Positions 31,439-41,716 of a stretch of DNA of 64,000 nucleotides are shown one piece after another. The position numbers and the translations under genes are program-made. The notes beneath the pieces were generated by a model. That model worked only from the letters and a program-made list of their open reading frames with translations. It had not been told where the DNA came from and did no database searches. The stretch's first letter is position 1; each line of letters begins with the position of its first letter. This DNA is from Candidatus Oxydemutatoraceae bacterium (lineage in GTDB: Bacteria > Pseudomonadota > Gammaproteobacteria > Poriferisulfidales > Oxydemutatoraceae): positions 1,548,769 through 1,612,768 of the forward strand of contig OZ244779.1 of the NCBI GenBank assembly GCA_965219575.1. The letters are read 5' to 3'.

Positions 31439-31903
31439 TCATTCTCTTCCTTTTATAAAGGCATCGGGATAATCTTTTTTGATAAGTTCCGTTATCTCAC
31501 TCAAAACCTCGTAATCGTCGGAAAGTACTTTAACGACATAAACCTCACGATCATCAGCCATCTCGGTTTCTATGCTGATGAACACATTCAATGCTTCCAT
31601 TGCAATGATTTTTTCGCGTGCTACGAAAGCATCTTCCTCAACATCAAAACTCCCCACTTGCGTCACCCACAACGGGGTAAATTCGGCATCCTCCGGCTCA
31701 TCCAATAGTATTTCCGGTGAAGGATAGTTTTGTTCGCTTGCGTCGATTTGTCTAGGCGGTGCGGTCATACTATCGTTGAATCCTTTGGTATCCATCGACG
31801 GCGGCGGCGGTTCAAATAACAAAGACAATAAGATCACCGCAACCAAAACCAGTATGATCGTACCTAATAATCGTTTCTTGATATGCCGTTCCATCTTAAG
31901 CAT
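31439..31903 (-). CDS. Second, internally deleted DedD/SPOR copy
   Basis: Paralog of 32317-32904 with in-frame deletions; WVTQVGSF SPOR motif. Confidence 0.75.
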   Translation of the reverse strand: MLKMERHIKKRLLGTIILVLVAVILLSLLFEPPPPSMDTKGFNDSMTAPPRQIDASEQNYPSPEILLDEPEDAEFTPLWVTQVGSFDVEEDAFVAREKIIAMEALNVFISIETEMADDREVYVVKVLSDDYEVLSEITELIKKDYPDAFIKGRE

Positions 31904-32312
31904 CCAATTCCTTCAAGGCATCTGCGACGGTCATCGTAGAACCGAAAACGAGTAATTGCTCTCCGTTTTGTATGTTTTATATTGCATAGTTGTATGCCTC
32001 CGATACCGAAGTAAAACATTGTATACCATTTGATGCGTTTGCGTGCCGATTTATGACACTCTTCAGCTCGGCGACAGGCAAAGCGTATATAGAGTCGGGT
32101 TCTGCCAAATACCAATGATCAATCAAAGGGGTTACGATTTTAGTCACATTGTCCACATCCGCCTCGCAAGGTATCTTGAAATCCTTCATCGGCGTGAACG
32201 CCACAATCAAACTCGCCGGAAATAATGCTTCTTTAACAAATCCTTTATAGATACCTATGCCCACCGAAATAAACAAAATCAAACATATCGCAACATCGAC
32301 ATAATTCAACAT
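31896..32312 (-). pseudogene. Chimeric cvpA'-'folC remnant from tandem duplication
   Basis: First ~38 codons match cvpA, then KDFKIP and DVDNVTK..AYNYAI match folC; premature TAA. Confidence 0.88.
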
Positions 32313-32316
32313 CGAA

Positions 32317-32904
32317 TCATTCTCTCTCTTTTATAAAGGCATCGGGATAATCTTTTTTGATAAGTTCCGCTATCTTGCTCAAAGCCTCGTAATCGTCGGA
32401 AACTACTTTGACGACATAAATATCACGGCTATCGACCATCTCGGTTTCTATGTTGACGAACACATTCATTGCCTCGATTGCGGTAATTTTTTCGCGTGCC
32501 ATCAAAGCATTCTCTTCAACACTAAAACTCCCTACTTGCATCACCCACAGCATGGTAAGTTCGTCATCCGCCGGCTCATCCGATGGTATCTCGGACGACG
32601 GGCGGTTTTGTGCGCTTGCGTCGATTGGTTCGGGCGACGCAGTCATACTATCGTTGAATCCTTTAATATCGATCGGTGGTGGCGGTTCCAATAAATCCGC
32701 TTGTTTATCGGGCTCGTTGAGAGGCATTGTAAAGCCCTCTTGATGATACTTAAACTTCGGCTTTTGCGGCGCATCGATCTCTATACTTTGCATCGCCCTA
32801 TAACCCTCGCCGTCCAATAACAAAGGCAACACGATTACCGCAACCGAAACCAGTACCACCGTACCTAACAATCGCTGCTTGATATGCCGTTCCACCTTAA
32901 GCAT
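32317..32904 (-). CDS. dedD: Cell division SPOR protein DedD
   Basis: KQRLLGTVVLVSVAVIVLPLLLDG, WVMQVGSFS; folC-dedD-cvpA order. Confidence 0.88.
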   Translation of the reverse strand: MLKVERHIKQRLLGTVVLVSVAVIVLPLLLDGEGYRAMQSIEIDAPQKPKFKYHQEGFTMPLNEPDKQADLLEPPPPIDIKGFNDSMTASPEPIDASAQNRPSSEIPSDEPADDELTMLWVMQVGSFSVEENALMAREKITAIEAMNVFVNIETEMVDSRDIYVVKVVSDDYEALSKIAELIKKDYPDAFIKERE

Positions 32905-34189
32905 CCAATTCCTTCAGGGCTTCTGCAACGGTCATCGTAGAACCGAAAACGAGTAATTGCTCTCCGTTTTGTATATTGTGTATTGCATAGTTGTATGCCT
33001 CCGATACCGAAGTAAAACATTGTATACCATTCGATGCGTTTGCATGCCGATCTATGACACTTTTTAGCTTGGCGACGGGCAAAGCGTGTGTAGAGTCGGG
33101 TTCCGCCAAATACCAATGATCAATCAAAGGAGCTACGGTTTTAGTCACATTGTCCACATCTTTAGTCGATAGAATTGCAAATACCGCATGCAGTTTGGCA
33201 CCGTTGGTGAAGCTCTTTAGGTTCTGCACCATAACTTCTACACCCTGAGGATTATGACTGATATCGAAAATACCGGTTATCTTTTTAGAATCGACGGTCT
33301 GATATCTAATCTGGAAACGGCCGGGTAAATAAACCGTATTCAATCCCTCTACAACCGCCTCGCGAGGTATCTTGAAATCCTTCGTCAGCGCGAATGTCAT
33401 CAATGCACAACTCGCGTTCTGCAACTGTATATCGCCGAACAACGCCGGCAACGGCAAACCCTCGAAACGACTGTCGGCACTCTCAAAATCCCATCGGTCG
33501 CCGTTTTTGCGGTAACCGAAATTCTCATTGAGTAAATATAAGGGACGATCTTTTTTCAATATCTTAATAGACTCGGGAGGGTTCAAATCGCCGCAAACAC
33601 ACGGCAATCCGGGACGCGTGATGCCGGCTTTTTCACGCCCGATAGATTCTCTGTTATCGCCCAACCACTCGACATGGTCTATGCCGATACCGGTGATGAC
33701 GGCAATATCGGCATCGATGATGTTCACCGCATCCAATCGCCCACCCAAGCCGGTCTCCAGCAAAATGATATCGGGATTATTGAACTTAAAACATTGCAAA
33801 GCTGCCAGCGTACTAAACTCGAAAAAGCTCAGGCTGATGTCGCTGCGCCGTGCTTCTATAAGCTCGAACGCACGACATAACTCGGCATCGTCTATACAGC
33901 GGTTATCGATTTTAATGCGCTCGTTATAGCGATGCATGTGCGGCGAGGTGTAGCTTGCGGTGATATAGCCCGCAGCACGCAACATCGCTTCCAACATTGC
34001 AACCGTCGACCCTTTACCGTTGGTGCCGGCAACCGTTATGACCGTCTGCTCGGGATTCAACAGCTGCATATTTGCGGCGACTTTCTTAACCCGATCCAAA
34101 CCCAGCTCTATTTCTTGAGGGTGGGTTCGTCTATGCTTGTCCAGCCATAGCTCCAATTCTGCCGAATACTTATTTTTCTCGGAACCCAT
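32897..34189 (-). CDS. folC: Folylpolyglutamate synthase/dihydrofolate synthase
   Basis: VAGTNGKGST, ETGLGGRLDA, LPGRFQ. Confidence 0.97.
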   Translation of the reverse strand: MGSEKNKYSAELELWLDKHRRTHPQEIELGLDRVKKVAANMQLLNPEQTVITVAGTNGKGSTVAMLEAMLRAAGYITASYTSPHMHRYNERIKIDNRCIDDAELCRAFELIEARRSDISLSFFEFSTLAALQCFKFNNPDIILLETGLGGRLDAVNIIDADIAVITGIGIDHVEWLGDNRESIGREKAGITRPGLPCVCGDLNPPESIKILKKDRPLYLLNENFGYRKNGDRWDFESADSRFEGLPLPALFGDIQLQNASCALMTFALTKDFKIPREAVVEGLNTVYLPGRFQIRYQTVDSKKITGIFDISHNPQGVEVMVQNLKSFTNGAKLHAVFAILSTKDVDNVTKTVAPLIDHWYLAEPDSTHALPVAKLKSVIDRHANASNGIQCFTSVSEAYNYAIHNIQNGEQLLVFGSTMTVAEALKELDA

Positions 34190-34197
34190 GCTCGCGT

Positions 34198-35049
34198 TCA
34201 GTATTTCATCAGCAATGCAAGTATATTTGCAACTCGTTCTCGCATTTCTTTACGATCCACGATCATATCTATCGCACCGTGTTTCAATAAAAACTCGCTA
34301 CGCTGAAACCCCTCGGGCAACGTCTGCTTGACGGTTTGTTCAATCACTCTAGGACCGGCAAAGCCTACCAAAGCCTTAGGTTCGGCAATAATCACATCAC
34401 CGAGCATCGCCAAGCTGGCGGATACACCGCCCATCGTCGGGTCGCACAACACCGAAATAAACGGGATGCGCTGTGCCGACAACTTTGCCAATGCGGCACT
34501 GGTTTTAGCCATTTGAAACAGAGAGACCAAAGACTCTTGCATGCGCGCCCCACCACTCGTCGAGAAGCATACCAGCGGTGCGCGTATCTCCACCGATTGT
34601 TCAACCGCACGCTTAAAGAGTTCACCGACCACCGCGCCCATAGAACCCCCTATAAAACTGAAATCGAATGCGGCTACGACGACCGGCTTGGACCTCAGTT
34701 CACCTTGATATACGACGAGCGCGTCGCGCTCGGAGGTGCTTTTATAAGCTGCCGTATAACGCTCCTTATAACGTTTCTTATCCTTGAATTTCAGAAAATC
34801 GGTAGGTCCTATGGTGCCGCTCAACTCTACGCGTGCTTCTGCGTCTAAAAATAAATCAATGCGTGTTCTGGCGGAGAGCCTGATATGGTGTCCGCATTTC
34901 GGACAAACATAAAAGCTCTTTTTTAACTCGGGTTGATACAAAACAGCTTGACACGCCGGGCATTTATCCCATAACCCTTCCGGTATTTTGCGATTGTCTT
35001 TACGGGCGGTGCGTATACGCGAAGGTATTAATTTTTCAAACCAGCTCAT
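34198..35049 (-). CDS. accD: Acetyl-CoA carboxylase carboxyltransferase beta
   Basis: CPAC..CPKC zinc finger, [13 protein letters not shown]. Confidence 0.98.
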   Translation of the reverse strand: MSWFEKLIPSRIRTARKDNRKIPEGLWDKCPACQAVLYQPELKKSFYVCPKCGHHIRLSARTRIDLFLDAEARVELSGTIGPTDFLKFKDKKRYKERYTAAYKSTSERDALVVYQGELRSKPVVVAAFDFSFIGGSMGAVVGELFKRAVEQSVEIRAPLVCFSTSGGARMQESLVSLFQMAKTSAALAKLSAQRIPFISVLCDPTMGGVSASLAMLGDVIIAEPKALVGFAGPRVIEQTVKQTLPEGFQRSEFLLKHGAIDMIVDRKEMRERVANILALLMKY

Positions 35050-35069
35050 TTTCTATCTTTATAATCACG

Positions 35070-35876
35070 CTATTCGGCATCGATGGCACTGCGCAATGCG
35101 GCAACGAAATCGGCTACCTCCAGTCGATAATCGGTATCGGCATGTTGCGCTACGATGCGCACAATCGCACTGCCCACCACAACGGCATCCGCCAATCGTG
35201 CAACTTGCCTCGCGTGTTGCGCGTCGTGTATCCCGAACCCCACCGCCGTCGGTATCGTTATTATATTCTTAAAGTGCTCGACCTTGTCGGCTATCTGTTC
35301 CAAGTCTATGTGCTTGGCACCGGTCACACCTTTCAAAGACACATAGTAAAGGAACCCGCTCGCCACTTGCGCAATGCGTTTTAGGCGATCGTCGGTCGTC
35401 GTAGGCGACACCAAAAAAATGATGTCCAAAGCCTCGTGTTCGGTTGCCTTCAGTAGCGTGGCGGCTTCTTCAACCGGCAAATCAACGACCAATACACCGT
35501 CGACACCCGCTTTTACCGCAGATTCTACGAACTGTATCTCTCCCATCGCTTCGATGGGATTTTGATAGGTCATCAAGACAACGGGTGTGTCGTTATTCTT
35601 TAGTCTGAACTCGGCAACCGTATCGATTACATCGTGTAGACTAGTCCGATGGTGTAATGCGCGCTCGCCGGCAGCTTGTATGACCGGCCCGTCCGCCATC
35701 GGGTCCGAAAAGGGAACGCCCAGCTCTATTAAATCGCCGCCGTTTTCGACCAATGTGTGCATCAACGGCACGCTCGCATCGGGGTTCGGGTCGCCGGCCA
35801 TAATATAAGGTATCAACGCCGTACGACCCGACGCTGCCAATGAGTCAAAACATGTGCCGATGCGGGTTTTAGCCAT
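35070..35876 (-). CDS. trpA: Tryptophan synthase alpha
   Basis: IELGVPFSDPMADGPVIQ, GVTG, VGFGI. Confidence 0.98.
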   Translation of the reverse strand: MAKTRIGTCFDSLAASGRTALIPYIMAGDPNPDASVPLMHTLVENGGDLIELGVPFSDPMADGPVIQAAGERALHHRTSLHDVIDTVAEFRLKNNDTPVVLMTYQNPIEAMGEIQFVESAVKAGVDGVLVVDLPVEEAATLLKATEHEALDIIFLVSPTTTDDRLKRIAQVASGFLYYVSLKGVTGAKHIDLEQIADKVEHFKNIITIPTAVGFGIHDAQHARQVARLADAVVVGSAIVRIVAQHADTDYRLEVADFVAALRSAIDAE

Positions 35877-35881
35877 TCGTT

Positions 35882-37072
35882 TTAGACGAAGCTACGAACC
35901 GTCTCTAAATCTTTATCCCCTCTTCCCGATAAATTGACAACGATCGCATCGGTATTGGTATAGCGTTTTGCAAGCTGCGTGGTATAAGCTAAAGCATGGC
36001 TGGTTTCTAGAGCGGGGATAATACCTTCGCAACGGGTTAATTGATGAAATGCTTCCAATGCTTCGCGGTCGGTCACGGTAACATAAGAGACCCTGCCGGT
36101 ATCCTTCAGCCAGGCGTGTTCGGGACCGACACCGGGATAATCCAAACCCGCCGAGACCGAATGTGCCGGCAGTATCTGCCCGTCGTTATCCTCCAGTAAA
36201 TAAGTGCGGTTACCATGCAACACGCCGGGTTTGCCCGCACTGAGCGATGCCGAATGTCTATTGCCTTCCAGACCTTCGCCGCCGGCTTCTACACCGTACA
36301 ATTCGACGGCTTCGTCACCCAGAAAAGCATGGAATAAACCCAGCGCATTGGAACCACCGCCGACACAAGCGAGCAACGCACTCGGCAATGCGCCGGTCAA
36401 TTCCACAATCTGTTGTCTGGTCTCGCGTCCTATTACCGATTGGAAATGGCGCACCATCGTCGGATAAGGGTGGGGTCCTGCAACTGTCCCGATAATATAA
36501 AAGGTTTGATCCACATAGGTCACCCAATCACGCATCGCCTCGTTGAGCGCATCTTTTAAGGTATGCGAACCGCTGTCTACCGGAACGACCTCGGCTCCGA
36601 GCAATTCCATACGATACACATTGGGTTTTTGTCGTTTGATGTCTTCGCTACCCATATAGACAACACATTCCAAACCCAAACGCGCAGCGACCGTCGCCGT
36701 TGCAACACCGTGCTGACCGGCACCGGTCTCGGCAATAATCCGTTTTTTACCCATGCGCTTGGCAAGCAGAGCCTGACCCAAGGCACTGTTGATCTTATGG
36801 GCACCGGTGTGATTCAGATCCTCTCGTTTCAAGTAAATTTGCGCACCTCCTAAAATCTCGCTCCAATGCGCCGCAAGATAAAGCGGACTCGGCCTGCCTA
36901 CATAGTCGCGCAAATCGTTTTCGTATTCGGCGATGAAATCGGCATCGTCTTTATAACGCAAATAAGCAGCCTCCAACTCTTCTAAAGGCCACATCAAGGT
37001 CTCCGAGACAAAGCGCCCTCCGTAAGGACCGAAATGTCCCGATGTATCGGTCTTTTGTTCCTGTGTTTCCAT
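35882..37072 (-). CDS. trpB: Tryptophan synthase beta
   Basis: [26 protein letters not shown]. Confidence 0.98.
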   Translation of the reverse strand: METQEQKTDTSGHFGPYGGRFVSETLMWPLEELEAAYLRYKDDADFIAEYENDLRDYVGRPSPLYLAAHWSEILGGAQIYLKREDLNHTGAHKINSALGQALLAKRMGKKRIIAETGAGQHGVATATVAARLGLECVVYMGSEDIKRQKPNVYRMELLGAEVVPVDSGSHTLKDALNEAMRDWVTYVDQTFYIIGTVAGPHPYPTMVRHFQSVIGRETRQQIVELTGALPSALLACVGGGSNALGLFHAFLGDEAVELYGVEAGGEGLEGNRHSASLSAGKPGVLHGNRTYLLEDNDGQILPAHSVSAGLDYPGVGPEHAWLKDTGRVSYVTVTDREALEAFHQLTRCEGIIPALETSHALAYTTQLAKRYTNTDAIVVNLSGRGDKDLETVRSFV

Positions 37073-37329
37073 ATTGATTTTAAGGTAAATATAAACTTCC
37101 GATTATTATATAGCCTCTATGCGATTTTTCCATATTTGTATACGTTTGTGCTACTGATTACGCAAACCATCATTCCTCCCCAAGGAAAAGAAATAATCCG
37201 CCCGAACACACTATTTTCCAACATTTCATACCATTCATCGGATATTTACTACTGTTCATCCATTTGTCTAAAAACATCCCGAATATTTGCGCAAACTATG
37301 GGTTTTAACTAAAACTTACAGGAGATTTC

Positions 37330-38274
37330 ATGGCAAAAGAACAACCTAAATATTTACCGTTGACAAAAGACATTGCCTTTAAACTCTACTTTACCGGCAA
37401 CAAGCGATTACTGCTCTCGCTCATTAAAAGCTTTTTGCCAATCTCCGATAATGTCTCGGATGTCAATGTCCTAAACCTCAAAACTTCTGCCACTTCTACA
37501 AAAGCAACCGAACAACAGCAGTGGCAATCAAGCGATAAACTATGGCTCAAAGACACCTCCATTCCACCAAACAAACCACACGGCAAACAAGTCGTCCTCG
37601 ACCTCAGCGTCAAATTAAGTGGCGGAGAGAATGTCAACATAGAAATGCAAGTCGCCTTCCAAAAAAACTTCCTACTGAGAATGTTCGCCTATTGGGCTTT
37701 GCTGTTTATTCAAGACCTAGACCGTGGCGACGACTATGCAAACCTCAACCCGACCTACTCGTTGGGATTTACCGAGTTCACGGTATTCAAAGGAAAGCAC
37801 AACTTTATCACTGAAATAGGATTTGTAGACCGCAACGAGATAGAATACCATTTTGATATCGGTGCAAAGATTGTCATAGTGGAATTGAATAAGTTCAAGA
37901 AGAGCTATCGCAGTCTTGTTGATATGAAGGATAGGTGGTGCTATATTATTAAGCACTCGGCGGAATTGACCCCCGAGCAAGTAGCGTATTTATCACAAGA
38001 CGGAGAGACGAAAATGATATTAGAACATTTAGAAGAGATATCAAAAAACAAAGAATCACACTGGGAGACTATAGATCGTATGAAGTATGAGATAGGAATT
38101 CAGCTGGAGAGGCGAGGCGCGTTAAAGGAAGGTCTGACAAAAGGCATGGAGGAAGGACAACGAGAAATCGCCTTAAATATGCTGCAAAAAGGTTATGAGG
38201 TTTTGGAGATTTCCCAAGTCACAGGTTTATCTGTCCCCGAAATTAAAAAGCTAAAGGATAGAACCGCCGATTGA
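37330..38274 (+). CDS. Rpn/PD-(D/E)XK recombination-promoting nuclease/putative transposase; RTAD* terminus comes from the repeat
   Basis: DIAFK, LDL, NIEMQ, C-terminal GMEEGQREIALNML..TGLS..EI. Confidence 0.9.
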   Translation: MAKEQPKYLPLTKDIAFKLYFTGNKRLLLSLIKSFLPISDNVSDVNVLNLKTSATSTKATEQQQWQSSDKLWLKDTSIPPNKPHGKQVVLDLSVKLSGGENVNIEMQVAFQKNFLLRMFAYWALLFIQDLDRGDDYANLNPTYSLGFTEFTVFKGKHNFITEIGFVDRNEIEYHFDIGAKIVIVELNKFKKSYRSLVDMKDRWCYIIKHSAELTPEQVAYLSQDGETKMILEHLEEISKNKESHWETIDRMKYEIGIQLERRGALKEGLTKGMEEGQREIALNMLQKGYEVLEISQVTGLSVPEIKKLKDRTAD

Positions 38275-38400
38275 GCTAGTAGGTCAATCGGCGTGATGTT
38301 ATGCAGAACCTTAGCGTGGGTATGTAGGTCGAACAGTAGGATCTGTTCTTATAAGTCCAAAGTGGTTGGATTGTATAATGACGATACTTTTTCAACAGCC
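38259..38400. repeat. Palindromic repeat copy plus MITE-end remnant (38379-38400)
   Basis: TAGAACCGCCGATTGAGCTAGTAGGTCAATCGGCGTGATGTTATGCAGA; TGACGATACTTTTTCAACAG is the reverse complement of 19866-19885. Confidence 0.8.
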
Positions 38401-38431
38401 TCGCTGCACTGCACCGATGCATTCAGTGCGC

Positions 38432-39067
38432 TCAGCCGGATCGCTTTGAGTCGGCACGCAGTACCGCTTGAGCGAAAGCACGCATCAATGCCGGGGCTTT
38501 GACTCCGACGGTTGATTCAACCCCGCTACTAACATCCACACCTTGCGGGCGGCATTGTTCAATCGCTTGTGCTACATTTTCGGGATTCAATCCCCCGGCA
38601 ACGAATATTGACGCATTGATCTTGGAAAAATCTCGCCAATCAAAAGCAATTCCTCCACCACCGGGCATTCCGATACGATGACCATCGAGCAACAGTATAT
38701 CGGCACTATTACGGTGCGCTTCTATCATTTCGTTTGCTTGTGCTTCGTCCGCCATAGGTATCGCTTTGATATAAGGTAAGGAAAACGAAGTACAAAACGC
38801 CACCGACTCGGTGCCGTGAAACTGTATATAATCGACATCGATCCGCTCGACTATGTCGGCGATAAAATCAGGGTCGGCATCCATGAACAGTGCTGCTACT
38901 TTTACCGATTTATCGGCTTTGTGCATTAGGCTTTGTGCATGGGCAATATCGATATAGCGAGGACTCGCCTCGTAGAAAACCAGCCCCACGATATCCGCAC
39001 CCAATGATGCCGCATAAGCGAAATCGGACTGCTTGTTTATACCGCAGAATTTAATACGGGTGCGCAC
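38432..39067 (-). CDS. trpF: Phosphoribosylanthranilate isomerase
   Basis: GTG start, RIKFCGI, QFHG, AGGLNPENV, VDVSSGVE. Confidence 0.95.
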   Translation of the reverse strand: MRTRIKFCGINKQSDFAYAASLGADIVGLVFYEASPRYIDIAHAQSLMHKADKSVKVAALFMDADPDFIADIVERIDVDYIQFHGTESVAFCTSFSLPYIKAIPMADEAQANEMIEAHRNSADILLLDGHRIGMPGGGGIAFDWRDFSKINASIFVAGGLNPENVAQAIEQCRPQGVDVSSGVESTVGVKAPALMRAFAQAVLRADSKRSG

Positions 39068-39068
39068 C

Positions 39069-41666
39069 TCAAGCTGCCAGATGCTTGCGCACCCATTCGG
39101 GAACCGATGCCAATGCTTTGTCCAAAGCTGCCGGATTTTTACCGCCGGCTTCCGCCATATCGTCGCGCCCGCCGCCTTTGCCGTCGATCTGCGATGCGAT
39201 TGCATTAATCAACCGATGCGCCGAGATGCGGCCTACGCAACTTTTGCTAACGCCGGCAATCAGTATCGCCTTATCATCTTTCTCGGCACCCAAAATGACC
39301 GCTGCATCTCCGAGCTTCATTTTCATTTGATCGACGAGCTTGCGCATTATTTTTGCATCGGCGTGTTCAACCCGTGATGCCACAACTTGTATGCCTCCTA
39401 TCTCCTGTGCTTTAGAGAGCAACGCGCCATCACCGTCGGCAGTGGTTGCCAGCTTTTCTATCTCTTTCTTGAGCTGTTTATTCGTTTGTAGCAACTGCTT
39501 GACTTTGTCGGTGATTTCGGTAGCCGAAGTTTTTAATAACGACTGCAATGTCTCTAAACACAAGTCGTCCGCTTGCATTCGTGCTATCGCCGCTTCGCCG
39601 GTGACCGCTTCTATACGGCGCACCCCCGCCGCAACACCGCCTTCCGAGACAATCTTGAACAAGCCGATATCGCCGGTTCTATCTATATGTGTGCCACCGC
39701 ACAGTTCGGTAGAAAAATCCCCCATTTCGATCACTCGCACCGTCTCGCCGTATTTTTCTCCGAACAACGCAAGTGCGCCGCGCTTCATCGCTTCGTCTTT
39801 AGGCATAACTTCATCTTCGGTCTTGATGTTTAGGCGTATTTGCTCGTTGACGATTTGTTCTATGCGCTTAATCTCTTCGTCGGTCACTGCGACAGGATGC
39901 GAAAAATCAAAACGCAAATGTGTATCGGTTACCAAAGAGCCTTTTTGTGCGACACCCTCACCCAATACCAGTCTCAGTGCCGCGTGTACTAAGTGGGTTG
40001 CCGAGTGATTCAATACGATAGCCTGTCTGCGCACATCGTCTATGCACGCCTGCACCGAATCACCGACGGTCAAAGTCCCTCGTCTGAGAATGCCTATGTG
40101 CTTATGATAATCACCCTGCTTTTGTGTATCCTCCACCTCGAACAGTGCCGAATCCGACTCCAATCGCCCTATATCACCGACTTGCCCTCCCGACTCGGCA
40201 TAAAACGGGGTGCTGTCCAATAATATCGTTGCCGACTCTCCGGCATCGATCGACCGGACTTTTTGTCCGTTGCAAAAGATCTCCTTGACGGTACTCTGCT
40301 CCAGAGTTTTCCGATAACCACTGAAAGCCTGTGCCGGTAAGGTAATATCCAATATCTCGGTGTTGTCCACGAAGCAACTCGCCCGTTTAGCTTGCGTGCG
40401 TTGCTCGTCCATCAAACGATTGAAAGCGACACGATCTACCTTCAGGTTATGTTCGCGAGCAATATCCTCGGTAATATCCAACGGAAAACCGTAAGTATCG
40501 TAGAGCTTAAATGCGATATCACCCGCCAAAACATCAGACGACATCTCCTTGATGTGGTCTTCCAGAATACTCAAACCTACATTCAAAGTCGCACCGAAAC
40601 GTAGTTCTTCTTTTTTTAAGGTTTCCACTATATGTGTTTGTTTTTCCTTTAATATCGGATACGCGTCAGCCATATTTTTTACCAGCGGCAACACCAATTT
40701 ATGAAAGAAAGGCTCCGTTATGCCGAGCTTATGACCGTAGCGTAAGGCGCGACGAATAATCCGCCGTAATACATAGCCTCGTCCTTCCTTCGACGGCACG
40801 ACACCGTCGACAATCAAAAAACTGCCGGAGCGAAGATGGTCGGCAATCACTTTCTGAGAAACATCGCCCAGATGCTCGGCGGAACTCAGATTTGCGACCG
40901 CCTCGATCAGAGGTAAAAACAAATCGGTTTTATAATTATCATGTTCGCCTTGCATCACCGCAGCGATACGCTCGAGCCCCATGCCGGTATCTACCGAGGG
41001 CTTCGGCAAATCCGACAATTCGCCGGCAGCATTGCGCTCGTACTGCATGAACACAAGATTCCACAATTCTACATAGCGATCGCCGTCCTGTTCGGCAGTG
41101 CCGGGCGCACCGCCGGCAATCTGCTCGCCATGGTCGTAGAATATCTCGGTACAAGGACCGCACGGACCTACCTCACCCATTGCCCAGAAGTTGTCGCGCT
41201 CGCCGATGCGCACCAAACGCTCGGGTTTAATTCCTATATCCTTAAGCCAAATATCGGCAGCTTCGTCGTCTTTCTCAAAAACCGTAACCCATAGCCTGTC
41301 TACCGGCAACGCCAACACATCGTCGATATACTCCCACGCATAGGCAATCGCTTCGCGCTTGAAATAATCGCCGAAACTGAAATTGCCGAGCATTTCAAAG
41401 AATGTGTGGTGGCGATAGGTATAGCCGACATTCTCTAAATCGTTGTGCTTGCCACCTGCCCGGATGCAACGTTGGCTGGTGACCGCCCGTCGATACGGTG
41501 CTTGCGCTTTACCCAAAAAAATATCCTTAAACTGCACCATCCCGGCATTGGTGAACAACAACGTCGGGTCGTTGGCGGGTACAAGCGGGCTCGAAGGCAC
41601 GATATTATGTTCCTTTGCCTCGAAAAAATCTAAAAAAGATTGCCTGATATCGTTTGCGGTTTTCAT
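39069..41666 (-). CDS. alaS: Alanine--tRNA ligase
   Basis: FTNAGMVQFK, HHTFFEMLGNFS, ELCGGTH, GGGR. Confidence 0.98.
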   Translation of the reverse strand: MKTANDIRQSFLDFFEAKEHNIVPSSPLVPANDPTLLFTNAGMVQFKDIFLGKAQAPYRRAVTSQRCIRAGGKHNDLENVGYTYRHHTFFEMLGNFSFGDYFKREAIAYAWEYIDDVLALPVDRLWVTVFEKDDEAADIWLKDIGIKPERLVRIGERDNFWAMGEVGPCGPCTEIFYDHGEQIAGGAPGTAEQDGDRYVELWNLVFMQYERNAAGELSDLPKPSVDTGMGLERIAAVMQGEHDNYKTDLFLPLIEAVANLSSAEHLGDVSQKVIADHLRSGSFLIVDGVVPSKEGRGYVLRRIIRRALRYGHKLGITEPFFHKLVLPLVKNMADAYPILKEKQTHIVETLKKEELRFGATLNVGLSILEDHIKEMSSDVLAGDIAFKLYDTYGFPLDITEDIAREHNLKVDRVAFNRLMDEQRTQAKRASCFVDNTEILDITLPAQAFSGYRKTLEQSTVKEIFCNGQKVRSIDAGESATILLDSTPFYAESGGQVGDIGRLESDSALFEVEDTQKQGDYHKHIGILRRGTLTVGDSVQACIDDVRRQAIVLNHSATHLVHAALRLVLGEGVAQKGSLVTDTHLRFDFSHPVAVTDEEIKRIEQIVNEQIRLNIKTEDEVMPKDEAMKRGALALFGEKYGETVRVIEMGDFSTELCGGTHIDRTGDIGLFKIVSEGGVAAGVRRIEAVTGEAAIARMQADDLCLETLQSLLKTSATEITDKVKQLLQTNKQLKKEIEKLATTADGDGALLSKAQEIGGIQVVASRVEHADAKIMRKLVDQMKMKLGDAAVILGAEKDDKAILIAGVSKSCVGRISAHRLINAIASQIDGKGGGRDDMAEAGGKNPAALDKALASVPEWVRKHLAA

Positions 41667-41716
41667 AAGTTACCTGTTTAGGGGGTATGGATATTTGTGC
41701 CCTAGCATAACACATA

